51,364 nucleotides of DNA, from sequence record SRR20825006_666; one strand, written 5' to 3'. Shown here piece after piece: positions 20,630 through 29,970 of this stretch. The translations under genes were made by a program, and so were the position numbers. Under the pieces are notes generated by a model that did not search any database, was not told the origin of the DNA, and worked only from the letters and a program-made list of their open reading frames with translations. Position 1 is the stretch's first letter. Each line of letters begins with the position of its first letter.

Positions 20630-21787
20630 TTATTGATGGCCGGCGACGCGCTTAAGCGCGTCCATACGGTCTGATACGCGACCGGATTTAGCTTCACGCT
20701 CTTTTTCTGGGCTTTCCAACTCTTCTAAACCATCATCGGCATATTTGCGCACGCGATCAAACAGGCTCTCTTCTTGTTCGCCAGCTTCATGAGCGTCATT
20801 GGCGTAAACGATGTGGCTGATGTCTACAGCGATATCTTCCAAACGACGACGCATGGCATCGTGATCGGCATTCTTGCGGTCAAAGTTTGATAGAATATCT
20901 TCTTCGATATCTTTGATCCGTCCACCTATATCCTCAAGCTCATCTTCTAGCGAAAGCTCGCGCGCGAGACTTGGCGCATCTGCCTGTGCATTTGTTGAAG
21001 GTTTGTCGCTGGATGGATTTTCTTCGTTTAGGCCTTCTTCCGAGAGCCGCTTAAACCGCTCAGCAGTGATGCGGATTTGGGCTTCCGCTTCATCGATTAG
21101 GTCAGGGATGCCTTTATCCAACAAATCTTGCGCCGAAAGTTTGTATTTCGCCTTGATTTGCTTGATCTGTTCAATGCTGGCTTTGAAACGCTTTTCAATA
21201 TTATCTGCACGCTGCTTTTGCACCTGCACAGCGTTCAATAGATTGCCCGTATCTTGATCATAGTCGCCCGTCAGCTTGGCTTCATTGAAGGCAGAAATTG
21301 TCGCGGAATTGGCGATATTCGCCACGGCGCGGGCTTCGTCCAACTCTTGAATTTTGTCGGCTAAATCGCGTTCACGCGCGCGCAGGCGCTGAGAAAGATT
21401 GGTGGTTTCCACCTCATAGGCGCGCACTTGGTCGCGTAAAGTTTCGTTGCGTTCTTCAAGCTCGTCAGCAATGGAAATGGCTTCGTCATATTCGCGGGTT
21501 TGAAGCTCAAGCGTTTCGCGCATTTCGGTGAGTTCGTTCAAATGCGCGGCGCGTTTGTTGCGAAGATCGTCTAGCTGTAGTTCAAGCTTGCGCATATCGA
21601 GCGCGTATTTGGCGCGAAGCTGATCTTTTTCAGCTTTAAATTCGGTAAGGGTAACGGGAGTGGCAGCGGCAATGCGGCGCTTGGTTAGGCGCACGGCACG
21701 GCGCCAAACAGACGGCATGATCAACAGCGCAAGAATTGATGCTGATAGAAAGCCTAAAGCGGCAAACATCAAATTCTCGATTAACAT
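20630..21787 (-). CDS. Membrane-anchored long coiled-coil protein of unknown function
   Basis: N-terminal TM (FAALGFLSASILALLIMPSVWRRAVRLT), conserved PVTLTEFKAEKDQLRA, extended heptad repeats; GGGAG RBS before ATG 21787. Confidence 0.8.
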   Translation of the reverse strand: MLIENLMFAALGFLSASILALLIMPSVWRRAVRLTKRRIAAATPVTLTEFKAEKDQLRAKYALDMRKLELQLDDLRNKRAAHLNELTEMRETLELQTREYDEAISIADELEERNETLRDQVRAYEVETTNLSQRLRARERDLADKIQELDEARAVANIANSATISAFNEAKLTGDYDQDTGNLLNAVQVQKQRADNIEKRFKASIEQIKQIKAKYKLSAQDLLDKGIPDLIDEAEAQIRITAERFKRLSEEGLNEENPSSDKPSTNAQADAPSLARELSLEDELEDIGGRIKDIEEDILSNFDRKNADHDAMRRRLEDIAVDISHIVYANDAHEAGEQEESLFDRVRKYADDGLEELESPEKEREAKSGRVSDRMDALKRVAGHQ

Positions 21788-21870
21788 GCACCAACTCCCT
21801 GAAGCTGCACGCTTGGTCTGCGCGCGCGTCATTGACTTATTCTTATATGGTGCAGTTTACAAGAAATAAC

Positions 21871-21921
21871 AGCCTAGGTCACCACTATGTCGCTAAATAG
21901 TTAATTGCGGTGACCGAGGCT
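21871..21921. other. Inverted repeat/hairpin between eipA and the coiled-coil gene
   Basis: AGCCTAGGTCACC ... GGTGACCGAGGCT (12 of 13 bp) with inner ACTAT/ATAGT. Confidence 0.6.
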
Positions 21922-21942
21922 AATGTTGTGAAAGCACAAGGC

Positions 21943-22515
21943 TTATAGCGGATTCCAAGTGGGCTGTTGCGTGAACTTCAAATAGCCAACATTCACGCCC
22001 AAACGGGCACCCACGCCTGAACGGATCGGCACGATATAGACGTCTTTATATTTCATCACCGTCATGCCTATGCCGCCTACCATATAGGCTGAACCTTCAA
22101 CGCCTGGATAACGGCCATAAATGGCGTTGGTTGAAGGAAGGTTATACACCAACATCATGGTTTTTGAGCCATCGGCACCAATATCGAAACCAAGCGTTGG
22201 CCCTTGCCAGAATAGCGGGTGGTTGCCAGCGTTTTTGGTATAGAGTTGCCCTTCGCCATAGCGCACGCCGCCAAATAGGGCTGCGGAGCCTTCCTGGCCA
22301 AGAATGTAGCCGTTTGGCAAACCATATTGAGACACGGCGCGTTCGACCACAGAGGCGAGGCCCTGCGAGACTTTGCCGAAGAATTGGCCGCCTGCATTCA
22401 CAAGCTCATCGGTTGAATAATTGTCCGAGAGCGCGCCAGATTGCGCATGGGCGCTGAGTGGTGCGAAGGCTAGAGTGAGGAATATTGAGATTATTAAAGC
22501 GAAGCGTTTCACCAT
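21943..22515 (-). CDS. eipA: Envelope integrity protein EipA (DUF1134)
   Basis: Signal peptide, GLPNGYILGQEGS, GVRYGEG, WQGPTLGFD, IRSGVGARLGVNVGYLKF, TWNPL; next to chpT/ctrA. Confidence 0.9.
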   Translation of the reverse strand: MVKRFALIISIFLTLAFAPLSAHAQSGALSDNYSTDELVNAGGQFFGKVSQGLASVVERAVSQYGLPNGYILGQEGSAALFGGVRYGEGQLYTKNAGNHPLFWQGPTLGFDIGADGSKTMMLVYNLPSTNAIYGRYPGVEGSAYMVGGIGMTVMKYKDVYIVPIRSGVGARLGVNVGYLKFTQQPTWNPL

Positions 22516-22647
22516 TGCACTAGTGGTCCTTTGGCTTTTTTGCTGCTTTAGCCTCCCCCGCAGAAGGTTTAAAGCAAAAGAGTGGTATTGCATTAACCTT
22601 GGCGACACCCCTTGGTGTTAAGGTATTGCCGATTGCAACCAGAATAG

Positions 22648-23178
22648 ATGCAAATCAAGGCAATGATGCGGCAATTCGGTAAACAAACATTAACGATAAA
22701 GGGGCTTTGGGGCATTTTCTTCGTGCTTTTGAGCAGCTTTATTTTCACCACACCGCTTTCTGCCAGCACAGAGCGCTATATTCTCGACATCTACGTCACC
22801 AATCCATTGTCCGGCTCCGCAATTGAGGGCATGGACCCGGTTAGCTATTTCACTGAAGATGAGCCGCTGGTTGGTTCCCCCAGATTTGAATATGAGTGGG
22901 AAGGCGTGTCCTGGTTTTTTGCGACTGAGGCCAACAAGCAAGTGTTTATGGCGTCGCCAGAATCTTACGCGCCGCAATTTGGCGGTTATGGCTTAGCCGG
23001 TGTTGCACGTGGATATTTGTCTAAGGGCAATCCGCGCATTTATGTGATCCACAATCAGCGTCTTTATCTGTTTTATTCGCCAGGTAACCGCGAGGCCTTT
23101 CTGCTCGAAAAAGCTGCCATGTTGAATTATGCGCTGCAAAATTGGGATGGGTTGAAGGTTCGTCTTGCCCGTCGCTAG
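22648..23178 (+). CDS. YHS domain-containing (seleno)protein family member, exported; start uncertain
   Basis: AIEGMDPVSYF, WFFATEANKQVF, PESYAPQFGGY, RLYLFYS. Confidence 0.82.
   Translation: MQIKAMMRQFGKQTLTIKGLWGIFFVLLSSFIFTTPLSASTERYILDIYVTNPLSGSAIEGMDPVSYFTEDEPLVGSPRFEYEWEGVSWFFATEANKQVFMASPESYAPQFGGYGLAGVARGYLSKGNPRIYVIHNQRLYLFYSPGNREAFLLEKAAMLNYALQNWDGLKVRLARR
22679..22694 (+). promoter_or_regulatory. Near-consensus CtrA box in the eipA/YHS divergent region
   Basis: GTAA-acaaaca-TTAAC; extra TTAAC half sites at 22593 and 22617. Confidence 0.5.
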
Positions 23179-23304
23179 GCGAAAAATCACAAGAAATTAA
23201 GCATTCAGTGTTGCCCCGCCATTATGTGCGGGTAAAACTTGGGGCTAGCGAATCGCGCCAAAACACAGGCATGTGGCGCGTTCAACCAGCTTTAAGGAAT
23301 GAAA

Positions 23305-23955
23305 ATGGCGGATATTGTGCAAGTGAGCGGACCTGACCTAGCGGCCATGCTGTGCTCAAAGGTGTGTCACGATTTGATTAGTCCGGTGGGGGCAATCGGC
23401 AACGGTTTGGAAGTGCTTAGCGATCCAGATCAGGCTGAAATGGCGGATTTTGCACAGGAATTGATCAACAATTCTGCAAAGCAGGCGCGGTCTAAACTTG
23501 AATTTGCGCGATTGGCATTTGGCGCATCTTCCACACAAGGCACCGAGATTGATACGCGCGACGCTGAAAAAGTGGCCCATGGCTACATGGACGGCGAAAA
23601 GGCTGATCTTGAGTGGACCATTGAGCCCGTGCTTTTGCCAAAGAACAAGGTGAAGTTGCTGCTCAACATGCTTTTGATTGCAGGCAGCGCGGTGCCACGT
23701 GGTGGCAATATTGTGGTGAGCCTTGATGATGCCGCTCCCGAAGATCAGGGATTTAAAATTCGCGCGACGGGACCAAAGACATTTATTCCGCGCGGTAATG
23801 TGGCCTTGCTTAATGGCACGCCAGAAGATGGCCGCATTGATGCGCAAGTGATCCAGCCCTTCTATACAGGGCTTTTAGCACGGGAAAGCGGGTTGAAAAT
23901 TCGGCTCGAATTGGTTGACGAAGCTGTTGAGTTTGACGCTTACGCTGCGAAGTAA
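23305..23955 (+). CDS. chpT: Histidine phosphotransferase ChpT
   Basis: LAAMLCSKVCHDLISPVGAIGNGLE, ARLAFGA, KLLLNM, PRGG; in the ctrA locus. Confidence 0.95.
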   Translation: MADIVQVSGPDLAAMLCSKVCHDLISPVGAIGNGLEVLSDPDQAEMADFAQELINNSAKQARSKLEFARLAFGASSTQGTEIDTRDAEKVAHGYMDGEKADLEWTIEPVLLPKNKVKLLLNMLLIAGSAVPRGGNIVVSLDDAAPEDQGFKIRATGPKTFIPRGNVALLNGTPEDGRIDAQVIQPFYTGLLARESGLKIRLELVDEAVEFDAYAAK

Positions 23956-23976
23956 ATTTATCTAGCTACAAGCATT

Positions 23977-24015
23977 AAACGGCCCCTAAGTACGACTACT
24001 TAGGGGCCGTTTTTT
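23977..24015 (+). terminator. Intrinsic terminator of chpT
   Basis: 16-bp stem AAACGGCCCCTAAGTA-cgac-TACTTAGGGGCCGTTT plus T-run. Confidence 0.9.
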
Positions 24016-24030
24016 CAATGTGTCATTAAC
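24015..24030 (+). promoter_or_regulatory. Near-consensus CtrA box upstream of the che operon
   Basis: TCAA-tgtgtca-TTAAC. Confidence 0.4.
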
Positions 24031-24087
24031 CGTTCTGGCGCACGCTAATCATCTATTTAGTATGATTTTACCCTGGTGTGTGTGCCC

Positions 24088-26754
24088 ATGGACGAGTTAC
24101 TTAGCGATTTTATTGTTGAAACAGGCGAAAGCCTTGAGCAAATCGACGCGGCATTGGTCGCGTTTGAACGGCAACCAGATGATCAGGCCATATTGCGGCA
24201 AGTGTTTCGGCTGGTGCACACCATTAAAGGCACTTGTGGATTTTTGGAGCTGGGTCGCTTGGAAGCGCTAACCCATGCGGCTGAGAATTTGATGGGGCGG
24301 TATCGGGACGGTTTGTCCGCAACTGCCGAGGGTGTCAGCACGATTTTGCAGGTGATCGACCAGATCAAAGCGCATTTGGTTTTTATGCAAAATAATGAGG
24401 GGGCTGAACCTGAAGGCAATGACCAGCAGTTAATCGATGTCCTTAATCGGCTGGCCGATGGTGCGCCGGAGGAGGATGATCAATTCGGTGAGGAAGCGCC
24501 TTATCAGTCTGTTGTAGGACCAGAAATTGTCGCAAGAACGCCATTAGATCCGCTTGAAGAAGCATTCCGCAATGCACCTGGGCCGGACGACCCTTTGCCG
24601 TCAGTTGCGCCTTCAACCGCTTCCGCAGTTCAGGAGCCTGTTTTGAACAAAGAGCCGGCGCATATGGCAGCACCAAGTGCTATACGGGTGCAACTTGGCG
24701 TGCTGGAACAATTGATGACCATGGTGTCAGAGCTGGTGCTGACACGAAATCAGCTGATGGCGGTAAGCCGTGAGCATGAGGATGCGCGGTACCATACGCC
24801 GTTGCAGCGATTATGTTCTGTTACTGCGGAGTTGCAAGACGGGGTGATGAAAACCCGGATGCAGCCCATCTCTGCCTTGTGGCAAAAAATGCCACGCATT
24901 GTGCGAGATTTAGGCAAGGAACTGGGTAAACAAATCTCCCTTGAAATGAGCGGTGAAGAAACCGAGCTTGACCGGCAGGTGTTGGAGCAGATCAAGGACC
25001 CGCTGACGCATATGATCCGTAATGCGGTCGATCATGGATTAGAAACGCCAACAGATCGGTTGGCTGCGAAAAAGCCTGAGATTGGACGCATTGAGCTGAA
25101 TGCTTTTCATAAGGGCGGACAAATCGTTATTGAAATTCGCGATGATGGTCGCGGGTTGGATGCGCAAAAGTTAAAGCAAAAAGCGCTTGAGCGTGGCTTG
25201 GCCACACAGAGCGAACTCGACAATATGTCAGACGCACAGGCGCATCAATTGATCTTCCATCCCGGTTTTTCAACTGCTGAAGCAGTGACTAGCGTTTCCG
25301 GTCGCGGTGTGGGGATGGACGTTGTGCGCACCAATATTGAAATGATTGGTGGCACAATTGAACTGCAATCGACCCCGGGCGAAGGCACCATTGTTAGCCT
25401 CAATATTCCGCTGACCCTTGCAATTGTGCCAGCCTTGATTGTGGCCAGTCATGACGAACGGTTTGCCGTGCCGCAGCGCGCTGTGCGTGAATTGGTGCGG
25501 CTAACGCCTCAACATGCAGGTAACAATACGTCACATGATGAAGATGCTGCCTACCTAGAAGAGATGAATGGGGCGCAGGTTTTACAACTGCGCGATCAGC
25601 TTTTGCCTGTATTGCGGCTTGATGCAGCGTTGGGCGTTCAGATGGACCCTTCGCCACAGGACAGTGCGGACACTGGTTTTGTTGTGGTTTTGGAAATTGG
25701 TACGTTTCGCTTTGGCCTCTGTGTGGATGCAGTGTTCCACACAGAGGAAATTGTTGTGAAGCCGATGGTGGGTGCGTTGAAAGACTTAAAGCACTTTTCC
25801 GGCACGACAATATTGGGCGATGGCAGCGTGATCATGATTTTGGACGCGCAAGGTTTGGCGAGTCTGATCACGCAAAATGAACTGAGTGAGCATAGCGATG
25901 CTCATCAAAACGTGCAGGCTGACCTTACCTCTAACGAGCAGATAGAATTGCTGTGTTTTGCGCTTGAAGGGGCGGGGCGAAAAGCTGTGCCGCTGTCGCT
26001 TATTCATCGCTTGGAATTGATCGATTTAAACCAGATTGAGCAGGTCGGTGGTCGCTTTACGCTTCAATATACCGAACGATTGATGCCGATTGTGTTTTTG
26101 CAAAAGCCTGACCCATCATCTTGGAATGGTGTGCGGCAAAAGCCGCTTCTCGTTTTCGAAGATCATGGTTTTTTGCTTGGCGTTGTGGTTGATCAAGTGC
26201 TCGATATTTGTAAAGCGCCGCCGCATTATGATTTGGACGGGGCAGGGGCCGGATATTTGGGCTCAGCCATTCTTGATGGCAAGGCCACCGAAATTTTGGA
26301 TTTGGCATATTTCATGGCGCAGGAACATCCAAAACTGTTTGAGCGGCAGGGGCAAACTGCAAGCCCGCAGCGTCAGCGTTTGCTATATGCCGAAGACAGC
26401 GCCTTCTTCCGCAATATGCTGGTGCCCATTTTCCAAAGCGCGGGCTTTGACGTGACGGTCTGTCATGATGGCATGGAGGCCATGGAGCGGGTTAAAGGCG
26501 GCGAAAGCTATGATCTGATCGTCACCGATATTGAAATGCCACGCATGGATGGATTTGGGTTGGCGAAATCGATCGCCGATGCACCAAACGTGTCCAAAAC
26601 ACCGATCATTGCTCTCACGTCCTATGACGAGCCAAAGGCTCGTGATCAGGCAAAGGCTTTGGGCATGTCGGCCTATATAGCCAAAAATGATCGCGCGCGG
26701 TTAGACGATACATTGAGTCAGATGCGCAATCGCCTGGAGAAGGATGTGGCCTAA
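24088..26754 (+). CDS. cheA: Hybrid chemotaxis kinase CheA (Hpt, dimerization, HATPase, two CheW domains, REC)
   Basis: FRLVHTIKGTCGFL, HMIRNAVDHG, DDGRG, SGRGVGMDVV, C-terminal receiver VTDIEMP. Confidence 0.95.
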   Translation: MDELLSDFIVETGESLEQIDAALVAFERQPDDQAILRQVFRLVHTIKGTCGFLELGRLEALTHAAENLMGRYRDGLSATAEGVSTILQVIDQIKAHLVFMQNNEGAEPEGNDQQLIDVLNRLADGAPEEDDQFGEEAPYQSVVGPEIVARTPLDPLEEAFRNAPGPDDPLPSVAPSTASAVQEPVLNKEPAHMAAPSAIRVQLGVLEQLMTMVSELVLTRNQLMAVSREHEDARYHTPLQRLCSVTAELQDGVMKTRMQPISALWQKMPRIVRDLGKELGKQISLEMSGEETELDRQVLEQIKDPLTHMIRNAVDHGLETPTDRLAAKKPEIGRIELNAFHKGGQIVIEIRDDGRGLDAQKLKQKALERGLATQSELDNMSDAQAHQLIFHPGFSTAEAVTSVSGRGVGMDVVRTNIEMIGGTIELQSTPGEGTIVSLNIPLTLAIVPALIVASHDERFAVPQRAVRELVRLTPQHAGNNTSHDEDAAYLEEMNGAQVLQLRDQLLPVLRLDAALGVQMDPSPQDSADTGFVVVLEIGTFRFGLCVDAVFHTEEIVVKPMVGALKDLKHFSGTTILGDGSVIMILDAQGLASLITQNELSEHSDAHQNVQADLTSNEQIELLCFALEGAGRKAVPLSLIHRLELIDLNQIEQVGGRFTLQYTERLMPIVFLQKPDPSSWNGVRQKPLLVFEDHGFLLGVVVDQVLDICKAPPHYDLDGAGAGYLGSAILDGKATEILDLAYFMAQEHPKLFERQGQTASPQRQRLLYAEDSAFFRNMLVPIFQSAGFDVTVCHDGMEAMERVKGGESYDLIVTDIEMPRMDGFGLAKSIADAPNVSKTPIIALTSYDEPKARDQAKALGMSAYIAKNDRARLDDTLSQMRNRLEKDVA

Positions 26755-27209
26755 TGGAAGATGATCATATGCAAATCGTTTGTTTTGAAGTGTGTGGCCA
26801 GCTTTTTGGTGTTGATGTTGCTTGGGTTAGCGACGTGCATAAGCTGGACAGGCTAACCCCGGTGCCGAAAGCGCCGCAAATTGTGGCTGGTGTACTCAAC
26901 TTGCGCGGGCGGATTGTTTTGGCGTTAAATTTGGGGCAATTTTTGCGCTGCGCGTCGGCGGAAAAATCAGCCAATTTAATGATAAATGTTCAGTTTTTAA
27001 ACGAATCGTATGGATTTTTGGTGGATAGTGTCAGCGACGTCGTCTCGCTTACGTCAGCGCAATTGCAACCTTGTCCGCAAAATTTTGATCCGAAATTGGG
27101 CGGGTTTGCTCAGGGTACAGTGCGTTATAAGGGGCGGCTGATGACTATGTTGAAAGTGGATGGCATGATACAAAGCATGCTATCGCACGATTTATTGCAT
27201 TGCGCGTGA
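26754..27209 (+). CDS. cheW: Chemotaxis coupling protein CheW
   Basis: TPVPKAP, GVLNLRGRI, GFLVDSVSDV; start overlaps the cheA stop. Confidence 0.93.
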   Translation: MEDDHMQIVCFEVCGQLFGVDVAWVSDVHKLDRLTPVPKAPQIVAGVLNLRGRIVLALNLGQFLRCASAEKSANLMINVQFLNESYGFLVDSVSDVVSLTSAQLQPCPQNFDPKLGGFAQGTVRYKGRLMTMLKVDGMIQSMLSHDLLHCA

Positions 27210-27223
27210 TCCGGGGGAAAATT

Positions 27224-27589
27224 ATGAAAACCTGCCTTATTGTTGATGACAGCTCCGTTATCCGAAAGGTTGCGCGTCGGATTTTAGAAGAAATTGGTTT
27301 TGAGGTGGATGAGGCTGAAGACGGCCAAGAAGCCTTTGAGAAATGCACCAAAAATATGCCTGATACCATTTTGCTGGATTGGAATATGCCAGTTATGTCC
27401 GGGCTCGAATTTTTAAAGAAATTGCGGTCCTACGTTGGTGGTGAAATGCCGAAAATTGTGTTTTGCACCACTGAGAATGATGTGGGCCACATCGCCATGG
27501 CGCTCAAAGCCGGGGCGGATGAATATATGATGAAGCCTTTTGATCGTGAGATTTTGGAAGGCAAATTTCTGGGACTTTACCAGAATTAG
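27224..27589 (+). CDS. cheY: Chemotaxis response regulator CheY
   Basis: LIVDDS, LLDWNMP, FCTTEN, YMMKPF; single receiver domain in the che operon. Confidence 0.93.
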   Translation: MKTCLIVDDSSVIRKVARRILEEIGFEVDEAEDGQEAFEKCTKNMPDTILLDWNMPVMSGLEFLKKLRSYVGGEMPKIVFCTTENDVGHIAMALKAGADEYMMKPFDREILEGKFLGLYQN

Positions 27590-27616
27590 GGCTTAGCCCA
27601 ACCAGGAGTGAAATTG

Positions 27617-28714
27617 ATGGTAGGTCACGAACCGACCGCGACTTCAGCGGGGGCGGCACGGGTGATGCTTGTCGACGATTCAGCGATTGTGCGCGGCTTA
27701 ATGCGTCGTTGGGTCGATGCTGATGGCCGCCTTAAAATTGTCGGTACGGCCTCTAATGGGGCAGAAGCCATTGATTTGGCGAAGAAAATGCAGCCTGATC
27801 TCATCATTCTAGATTTGGAAATGCCCGTTATGGATGGGGTGTCGGCCTTGCCGCATTTGCTGAAGGCATTGCCCCAATGCAAAATTTTGGTGGCTTCCAC
27901 ACTTTCAACGCGAAATGCAAAGATTTCACTGGAGGCGATAAGACTTGGGGCAACTGACTATTTGGCAAAGCCAGGTGTGGGGTCAATTTCTAAAAGCGAT
28001 TTCGAGCGTGAGTTGATGGCCAAACTCCATGCGCTTGCACCGAAATCGACTACCAGAAATAAGCCGATCTCACTTGGTCAGCAACAATCTGCGCTTTCCC
28101 CGTCGCAGCCGATAACTGGCCTAACCTTGGTGGCGTCCACTGGTGGGCCACTTGCGATTTCGCAGTTGATGCCGCATTTGCGTGCGTTTCGTCAGCAAAT
28201 CAGTGTCTTTGTAGTACAGCATATGCCTGCGCATTTTACGCCTTTGTTAGCGAAAGATTTATGTACCCTTAGCCATTTCGATGGTGGCGAGGCGGTTCAT
28301 GGGCAGGCAATATCGACTGGTCAGCTATATGTTGCGCCAGGTGATTATCATATGCGGCTAGCATCAGAAACAACTGGATTAGAACTTCATTTGGATCAAT
28401 CGCCACCTGTACATTTTTGTCGTCCAGCCGCTGATCCTTTTCTCACAAGCTTTGCTAAACATTATGGCCCGCAAGGTGCAGTTTGCGTGCTTACAGGGAT
28501 GGGCAGCGATGGTGCGGCTGGCGCCTTGGCTGTGCGGCAAGCTGGCGGTTGGGTGTTTGCTCAAGATCAGCAATCTTCCGCGGTTTGGGGTATGCCGGGA
28601 GCGGCGGTTGCCAATGGGAGTGCTCATAAAATTATTGGACTAGCTCAACTTGGTCATGAGCTGGAAACTATGCTTTCTCAATCTGCCGGGCAAAAGGTTG
28701 GTCGATATGCTTGA
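27617..28714 (+). CDS. cheB: Chemotaxis methylesterase CheB
   Basis: REC domain (LDLEMP) plus catalytic triad motifs ASTGG, QHMP, LTGMGSDG. Confidence 0.94.
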   Translation: MVGHEPTATSAGAARVMLVDDSAIVRGLMRRWVDADGRLKIVGTASNGAEAIDLAKKMQPDLIILDLEMPVMDGVSALPHLLKALPQCKILVASTLSTRNAKISLEAIRLGATDYLAKPGVGSISKSDFERELMAKLHALAPKSTTRNKPISLGQQQSALSPSQPITGLTLVASTGGPLAISQLMPHLRAFRQQISVFVVQHMPAHFTPLLAKDLCTLSHFDGGEAVHGQAISTGQLYVAPGDYHMRLASETTGLELHLDQSPPVHFCRPAADPFLTSFAKHYGPQGAVCVLTGMGSDGAAGALAVRQAGGWVFAQDQQSSAVWGMPGAAVANGSAHKIIGLAQLGHELETMLSQSAGQKVGRYA

Positions 28715-29516
28715 TCAAAGTGTTCAGGCCATAGGTCAGTTTATGCAGGCAAAGGCGGGCATTAAGCTGTCGGCGAACAAAATTTATATGATAGAAGCAC
28801 GCCTTGAGGCGGTGGTTAAACGCTTTGGCTTTGCGCATATCGATCATTTGGCTGCAAGTTTGCCGCAGGCCTTAGGCGAGGTGCAGCAGGCGGTGGTGGA
28901 TGCGCTCACCACAAATGAAAGTTTCTTTTTTCGAGACCAAAAACCCTTTGATGCTTTTGAGCGGGATTTGCTGCCGGAAGCTGTTGAGCGCGCGCGGGAT
29001 GAGAATCGGCCTGTGCGTATTTGGTGCGCTGCGGCGGCAACGGGGCAAGAACCTTATAGTCTCGCGATGCTGTTGGCGGAAAAGAAGCATCGCTGGTTGA
29101 ATGTGGGTGCGGAAGTGGTGGCTACCGATTTAAGTCAAACCGCACTTGCACGCGCCAAGTCTGGCTTATTTACTCAATTTGAGGTGCAGCGGGGCTTAAG
29201 TGCCCAGCGCTTGGTGCAGTTCTTTACCCAACAAGATGGCGAATGGCATATTGCGCCTGCATTGCAACAAATGGTGCAGTTTGAGCCGCATAATCTGCTG
29301 CACAACCCAGCACGGCTGGGCCGGTTTGATATGATTTTTTGCCGCAATGTTTTGATTTATTTTGACCTAGAGACCAAGCAACGCATTCTCGATTATCTTG
29401 CGCAGCAGCTGCCAACTGGCGGTGCCTTGGTGTTGGGCGCATCCGAAACGCTGGTGGGGGTGACCAACCAGTTTGTTGCATCGCCAGAAATGCCTATGGT
29501 TTTCCAGTTGGTCTAA
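28707..29516 (+). CDS. cheR: Chemotaxis methyltransferase CheR
   Basis: TTNESFFFRD, IWCAAAATGQEPYS, FCRNVLIYF, LGASE. Confidence 0.95.
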   Translation: MLDQSVQAIGQFMQAKAGIKLSANKIYMIEARLEAVVKRFGFAHIDHLAASLPQALGEVQQAVVDALTTNESFFFRDQKPFDAFERDLLPEAVERARDENRPVRIWCAAAATGQEPYSLAMLLAEKKHRWLNVGAEVVATDLSQTALARAKSGLFTQFEVQRGLSAQRLVQFFTQQDGEWHIAPALQQMVQFEPHNLLHNPARLGRFDMIFCRNVLIYFDLETKQRILDYLAQQLPTGGALVLGASETLVGVTNQFVASPEMPMVFQLV

Positions 29517-29535
29517 TCTCGCCAGTGCCGCAAAT

Positions 29536-29877
29536 TTACTCTGCTTTCTCCAAATGTTTGGCCCATTCTTTGCTGAAACCGCCCAGCGGTTTCAGTTGAT
29601 GATAAAGACGGGTGCCCAACTCCGTGGTTGCGTATCCGCCTTCAGCACGATGAATAAACCCCGCAGCCTGTAGTTCCTTCAGCCGTATGTTCAACGCGGC
29701 TGGGGAAATTGTTTCGCATTCCTCCTGAAGCTTTCGAAAGGTACACGGCCCGATTTCTGTGAGTGTCCACAAGACCCCCATTGCCCAGTGCCGACCGAGC
29801 AAATCGAACAGGGCCATAATCGGGCTTCCGCTTTTTGAGCCGCGCACGGGCTGGCCGGGTCTTGGTATGTCGATCAT
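29536..29877 (-). CDS. HxlR (DUF24/MarR-like) winged-helix regulator
   Basis: PIMALFDLLGRHW, ISPAALNIRLKEL, YATTELG. Confidence 0.9.
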   Translation of the reverse strand: MIDIPRPGQPVRGSKSGSPIMALFDLLGRHWAMGVLWTLTEIGPCTFRKLQEECETISPAALNIRLKELQAAGFIHRAEGGYATTELGTRLYHQLKPLGGFSKEWAKHLEKAE

Positions 29878-29878
29878 T

Positions 29879-29951
29879 TGCTCTTCTTTCTATAGCATTT
29901 GGTCTTGCTATAATTTTTATAGCATTGTAGTTTGCTATCTAATTAATAGCA
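29879..29951. promoter_or_regulatory. Three tandem palindromic operators TGCTAT-N7-ATAGCA with a 27-bp period
   Basis: Copies at 29879-29897 (TGCTCT variant), 29906-29924 and 29933-29951. Confidence 0.75.
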
Positions 29952-29970
29952 AATGATAGAGGCGAGACCA

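Noticed and set aside
22648-23178. Selenocysteine recoding in the YHS gene
   Set aside because: No in-frame TGA; the position encodes Gly
29879-29951. Periodic repeats as a mini-CRISPR
   Set aside because: The 27-bp period is too short, there are no spacers or cas genes, and operators explain them
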